Shown: positions 45,298-48,038 of the stretch, piece after piece
Layout of the letters: the number at the start of each line of letters is the position of its first letter
Numbering within the stretch: the stretch's first letter is position 1
Origin: a virus
Lineage: Duplodnaviria > Heunggongvirae > Uroviricota > Caudoviricetes
Strand: one strand, 5' to 3'
IMG/VR virus record: IMGVR_UViG_3300011840_000036
Coordinates: 1-48,038 of that record
DNA: 48,038 bases
Notes under the pieces: model-generated
Database searches by the model: none
What the model was told of the DNA's origin: nothing
Seen by the model: only the letters and a program-made list of their open reading frames with translations
Translations under genes and position numbers: made by a program

Positions 45298-45837
45298 ATG
45301 CAGAATATAAAAAATTTCACGAAATACACCCCGGACAACCCGCCAGTGGAAGGGGCGGGATATCTCATCAGTGAGGATGGTCAGGACTGGTATGAATGCC
45401 AGACGCAGTTTGCAGAGGATACATACAAAGTTGCGTATGACAGTGACGGTATCGTGCGCAGTATTTCGACCGATGTGTCGGCACTTTGTCCTGTCAGTCT
45501 GAGTGTTGCTGAGGTTGAGTCGCTGCCGGACGGTGCGGATATCGACGGCAACTGGGTGTTTGACGGGGAGAGTGTGGTTGCGCGGACGCTGACGGCAGCG
45601 GAGTGGCAGGCAAGGGCGGAATCGCAACGAAGCGCGCTGATATCGGATGCGAAGGCGACAATCAGCCTCTGGCAGTCAGAGCTTCTGCTGGGCACCATCA
45701 GTGATGATGACAAAGAGAGTCTGACGGAATGGCTGGCTTACATAAAGGCGCTTCAGGCGCTGGATTTAAGTGATGTGACGGATGAGTCGAGTTACAACGC
45801 GACAGTCTGGCCGGATGAGCCGGGAGTCACCGCATAA
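45298..45837 (+). CDS. Tail fibre assembly protein (Tfa, P2 gpG/Mu U-like)
   Basis: 179-aa ORF immediately after the fibre gene; N-terminus MQNIKNFTKYTPDNPP typical of Tfa proteins. Confidence 0.75.
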   Translation: MQNIKNFTKYTPDNPPVEGAGYLISEDGQDWYECQTQFAEDTYKVAYDSDGIVRSISTDVSALCPVSLSVAEVESLPDGADIDGNWVFDGESVVARTLTAAEWQARAESQRSALISDAKATISLWQSELLLGTISDDDKESLTEWLAYIKALQALDLSDVTDESSYNATVWPDEPGVTA

Positions 45838-45907
45838 AGCCGCTGAGAAGCGTTTTTGCTTCAGTGAAACAAAATATTGGCTACTGTAGCATCGTGTTTA
45901 AAGAAAA

Positions 45908-45928
45908 ACCGGCATGGTTGATGCCGGT
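45908..45928 (-). terminator. Hairpin terminator serving the minus-strand hydrolase gene
   Basis: ACCGGCAT-ggttg-ATGCCGGT 8-bp stem; on the minus strand it is followed by TTTTTCTT. Confidence 0.55.
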
Positions 45929-46056
45929 TATATCAAAGCACGATATAAACTAAGGATAAAAGGATTTCAGGAACAACAATCTAACCAAAAGGTATATTTG
46001 AATCAAGTATGACCTGTGTATTGTTATTTATTTATCGTTTCGTGATTTTTTATGGC

Positions 46057-46857
46057 TTATTTATAAGAGTTAGATTTACTCTCAGTGCGTTTTTGTAACC
46101 AGTTTTTTAATATTGTATTTACTTCTTTTGCATGAGTGACATTCAATGCATGATTGGCGTCAGGTATAACTGCAAGCTCAGAGTGCGGGATCATTTTGTG
46201 CATTTCAAGAGCTTTCTCCAGTGGTATTCCTGTATCACCGGATCCATGAAGAATCAGGGTGGGCGTTTTGATCGTATGAACTTTACCTGAAATATCGTCT
46301 CGCTCCAGCATTGCATTCATAGCTAGTTTGATGTTTTCAGGTTCATGACGTAGCCATACTTGTCTCCATTTCGCTGCTTCAGAGATATTCTTTCCAAAGA
46401 AAACGGGTAATAATGAGGATATTATCTCTTCTTTTATTAGTGAGTTATGCCATCCATTGCATAGTTCCATATAACTGGATGCAATTTCTGGCGGGTCCTG
46501 CTCGACCTGAGTTGCCATAAGAATTAGTCCTGACAAACGCTCTGGATGTGACAGGGCAAATCGTAATGATATATACCCTCCCATCGACATCCCCCCTAAA
46601 ATAAACTTATCCAGTTGTAGTGAGTCTGCGACGTTTACAATGTCATCAACGATGTCATAGAGCGAGAATGGCTCAGTTTTTTCGGAGGTGGCATCGAAAC
46701 CCCGAACATTAATGCAAACAACTCTATGTTTTTCTTTTAGTTCGTCAAACTGGTATTTGAACATTTCATTATTCATGAAAAATCCATGAACGAAAATGAT
46801 AGGGGGATTGTTTTTATTTGTTTCAGTGTATCCAGAGTCAGTAAACGTAAAATTCAT
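46057..46857 (-). CDS. Alpha/beta-fold hydrolase (serine esterase/lipase-type), AT-rich cargo gene
   Basis: 266-aa ORF with nucleophile elbow GGMSMGG and a plausible Ser-Asp-His triad (HGSGDTG, ANHALN); markedly lower GC than the flanking tail genes. Confidence 0.8.
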   Translation of the reverse strand: MNFTFTDSGYTETNKNNPPIIFVHGFFMNNEMFKYQFDELKEKHRVVCINVRGFDATSEKTEPFSLYDIVDDIVNVADSLQLDKFILGGMSMGGYISLRFALSHPERLSGLILMATQVEQDPPEIASSYMELCNGWHNSLIKEEIISSLLPVFFGKNISEAAKWRQVWLRHEPENIKLAMNAMLERDDISGKVHTIKTPTLILHGSGDTGIPLEKALEMHKMIPHSELAVIPDANHALNVTHAKEVNTILKNWLQKRTESKSNSYK

Positions 46858-47039
46858 GAGTACTCCGTTATTTAGACAGTTATGTTGTACATTTGACTAA
46901 TGATAGCGAAGAGCTTTATTGACCTGCTGAACAGAAATCCACTTGTCAAAAACCTTCGAAGTTTATCTACCAAGATGGAGATAATCTTGTCAAGTATTCG
47001 TTAGGGCATAAAAGCATGGGTTTAATAGTAAATCTAAGA

Positions 47040-47289
47040 CTTTTACGTGCGACAACACGCCTCATTCGTGTTGTGTTTTGTCGCAGTTTGTTCTTAAATT
47101 CTCGCAAATCATTTCCCTCTAATTTGAAGTAGTGCCTCCCACAAACAAACCGCTCAGAGTTACGGGTGTAATTGACTCTGATGTTGTTGATCTTGGCACC
47201 TAAAGCTGATCCAAAAGTTCGGTGATGATAACAGGAATCTGGTTATGGATGAGCGGGGATATGGTTTCAACAGAGATTTGAGTTGTCAT
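47040..47289 (-). pseudogene. Disrupted fragment of an antirepressor N-terminal domain
   Basis: Minus strand reads MTTQISVETISPLIHNQIPVIITELLDQL-stop, then a homologous segment (...NIRVNYTRNSERFVCGRHYFKLEGNDLREFKNKL) in another frame; DNA about 80 percent identical to the 5' end of the intact gene at 47960..48038. Confidence 0.55.
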
Positions 47290-47474
47290 AATGACGTCCT
47301 CTAGTGGTTTCTAAACTTAAACTATCACCACCGTCAGGTTCCAATCATCGGGTGGTGAGACGCACAGGGTTGGAACTACCGGGAAACCGACCGACGAGCT
47401 TTTCAGCTCCCCCATGCGCCCCACAATAATTCATATGTGCGCGTGCATACGAGAAAAAACACTTGTTATATCTG

Positions 47475-48038
47475 CTAAAGCTGCATCAGCCTTTCCACCA
47501 GTTGTTCTTTACGGGCAACGAGCCAGCCGTGTTGCTCCAGATAAAATTTAAACCGTTCCAGAGTGCATACCATCGCATCGGCGGGGACTTTTTCTGTGAA
47601 CTCTACCTGACCGTGTTTATCGAAGTGGATCAGTAATGCGCATCCATCATTTACGGTGGGGGTGTTTTGTGTTGCTGGTGGCTGTTTCTGGCTGAAATAA
47701 CAGTCTTCCAGTTTTTCGAACACTTCCCACGCCTGATCTGTTTCGAGCATTTTGGCGTGGCGGGCTGCGCCACGTTCTGTCCATAGGATGAGGGAGCGGG
47801 CTTTGGGAGATATGGGGTTTTGTGACTTACTTAAAGTAAGTCGCAAATTTTTTAATTCTTCACCCGATGCTTTAAAAAAGTGCTTTCCTTCGACAAAACG
47901 CTCTTTGTTTCTGGTGAAGTTAACCTGGATATTCAGAATTTCGGTGCCATAAAGCTGCGCCAAAAGTTCGGTGGTAATAACAGGGATCTGGTTATGGGTG
48001 ATCGGGGTGAGAGTTTCAACAGAGATTTGAGTGGCCAT
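47475..48038 (-). CDS. Phage antirepressor (AntA/ORF6N-type N-terminal domain; C-terminal domain shared with the Rha protein at 4245..4799)
   Basis: 187-aa ORF whose ATG sits at the last three bases of the window; C-terminal ...HFDKHGQVEFTEKVPADAMVCTLERFKFYLEQHGW parallels ...HFDERGNIKFTETVPDGALVCTLDTFRFYLEKQGW in the Rha protein. Confidence 0.75.
   Translation of the reverse strand: MATQISVETLTPITHNQIPVITTELLAQLYGTEILNIQVNFTRNKERFVEGKHFFKASGEELKNLRLTLSKSQNPISPKARSLILWTERGAARHAKMLETDQAWEVFEKLEDCYFSQKQPPATQNTPTVNDGCALLIHFDKHGQVEFTEKVPADAMVCTLERFKFYLEQHGWLVARKEQLVERLMQL

Noticed and set aside
45840-46056. attR core or tRNA fragment at the right prophage end
   Set aside because: No tRNA-like structure or direct repeat matching the region next to int could be found inside the window; attL lies beyond position 1, so the boundary cannot be set.

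Overview
The window reads as one near-complete lambdoid temperate phage or prophage of an Escherichia/Shigella-type host, with a lambda-like head module joined to a Mu-like contractile tail (SfV/e14-like mosaic). All family assignments come from reading the six-frame translations and the DNA by eye; no database search was run, and coordinates of small non-coding elements may be off by a base or two. Left arm (minus strand): integrase, excisionase, an ~810-aa DnaQ-like exonuclease, a Rha-family regulator, small accessory ORFs, then a DicA/DicC immunity switch with no LexA-like cleavage domain. Rightward: YdaT-like protein, O-like and P-like replication proteins, an orphan periplasmic binding protein moron, a hok/mok toxin locus, YdfU-like protein, RusA, Q antiterminator, a CPBP membrane protease moron, a DNA methyltransferase, tRNA-Thr and tRNA-Gly, a lysis cassette, a cos-like region, lambda-type head genes (Nu1/A/W/B/C/scaffold/D/E) and Mu-type tail genes (sheath, tube, frameshifted chaperone, tape measure, N/P/V/gp46/J-like baseplate), a short tail fibre and its assembly protein. 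The window ends with an AT-rich alpha/beta hydrolase and a duplicated antirepressor. The most unusual element is a 1447-aa ORF (40107..44450) that fuses a Mu gp48/YmfQ-like baseplate domain to Ig-like domains and a ~2.8-kb array of 27-residue cysteine-rich BspA-type leucine-rich repeats. Other candidates for undescribed biology are the morons beside Q and the replication genes, the GGTAACA heptamer array across the cos/small-terminase region, and the unassigned genes between lysis and packaging.
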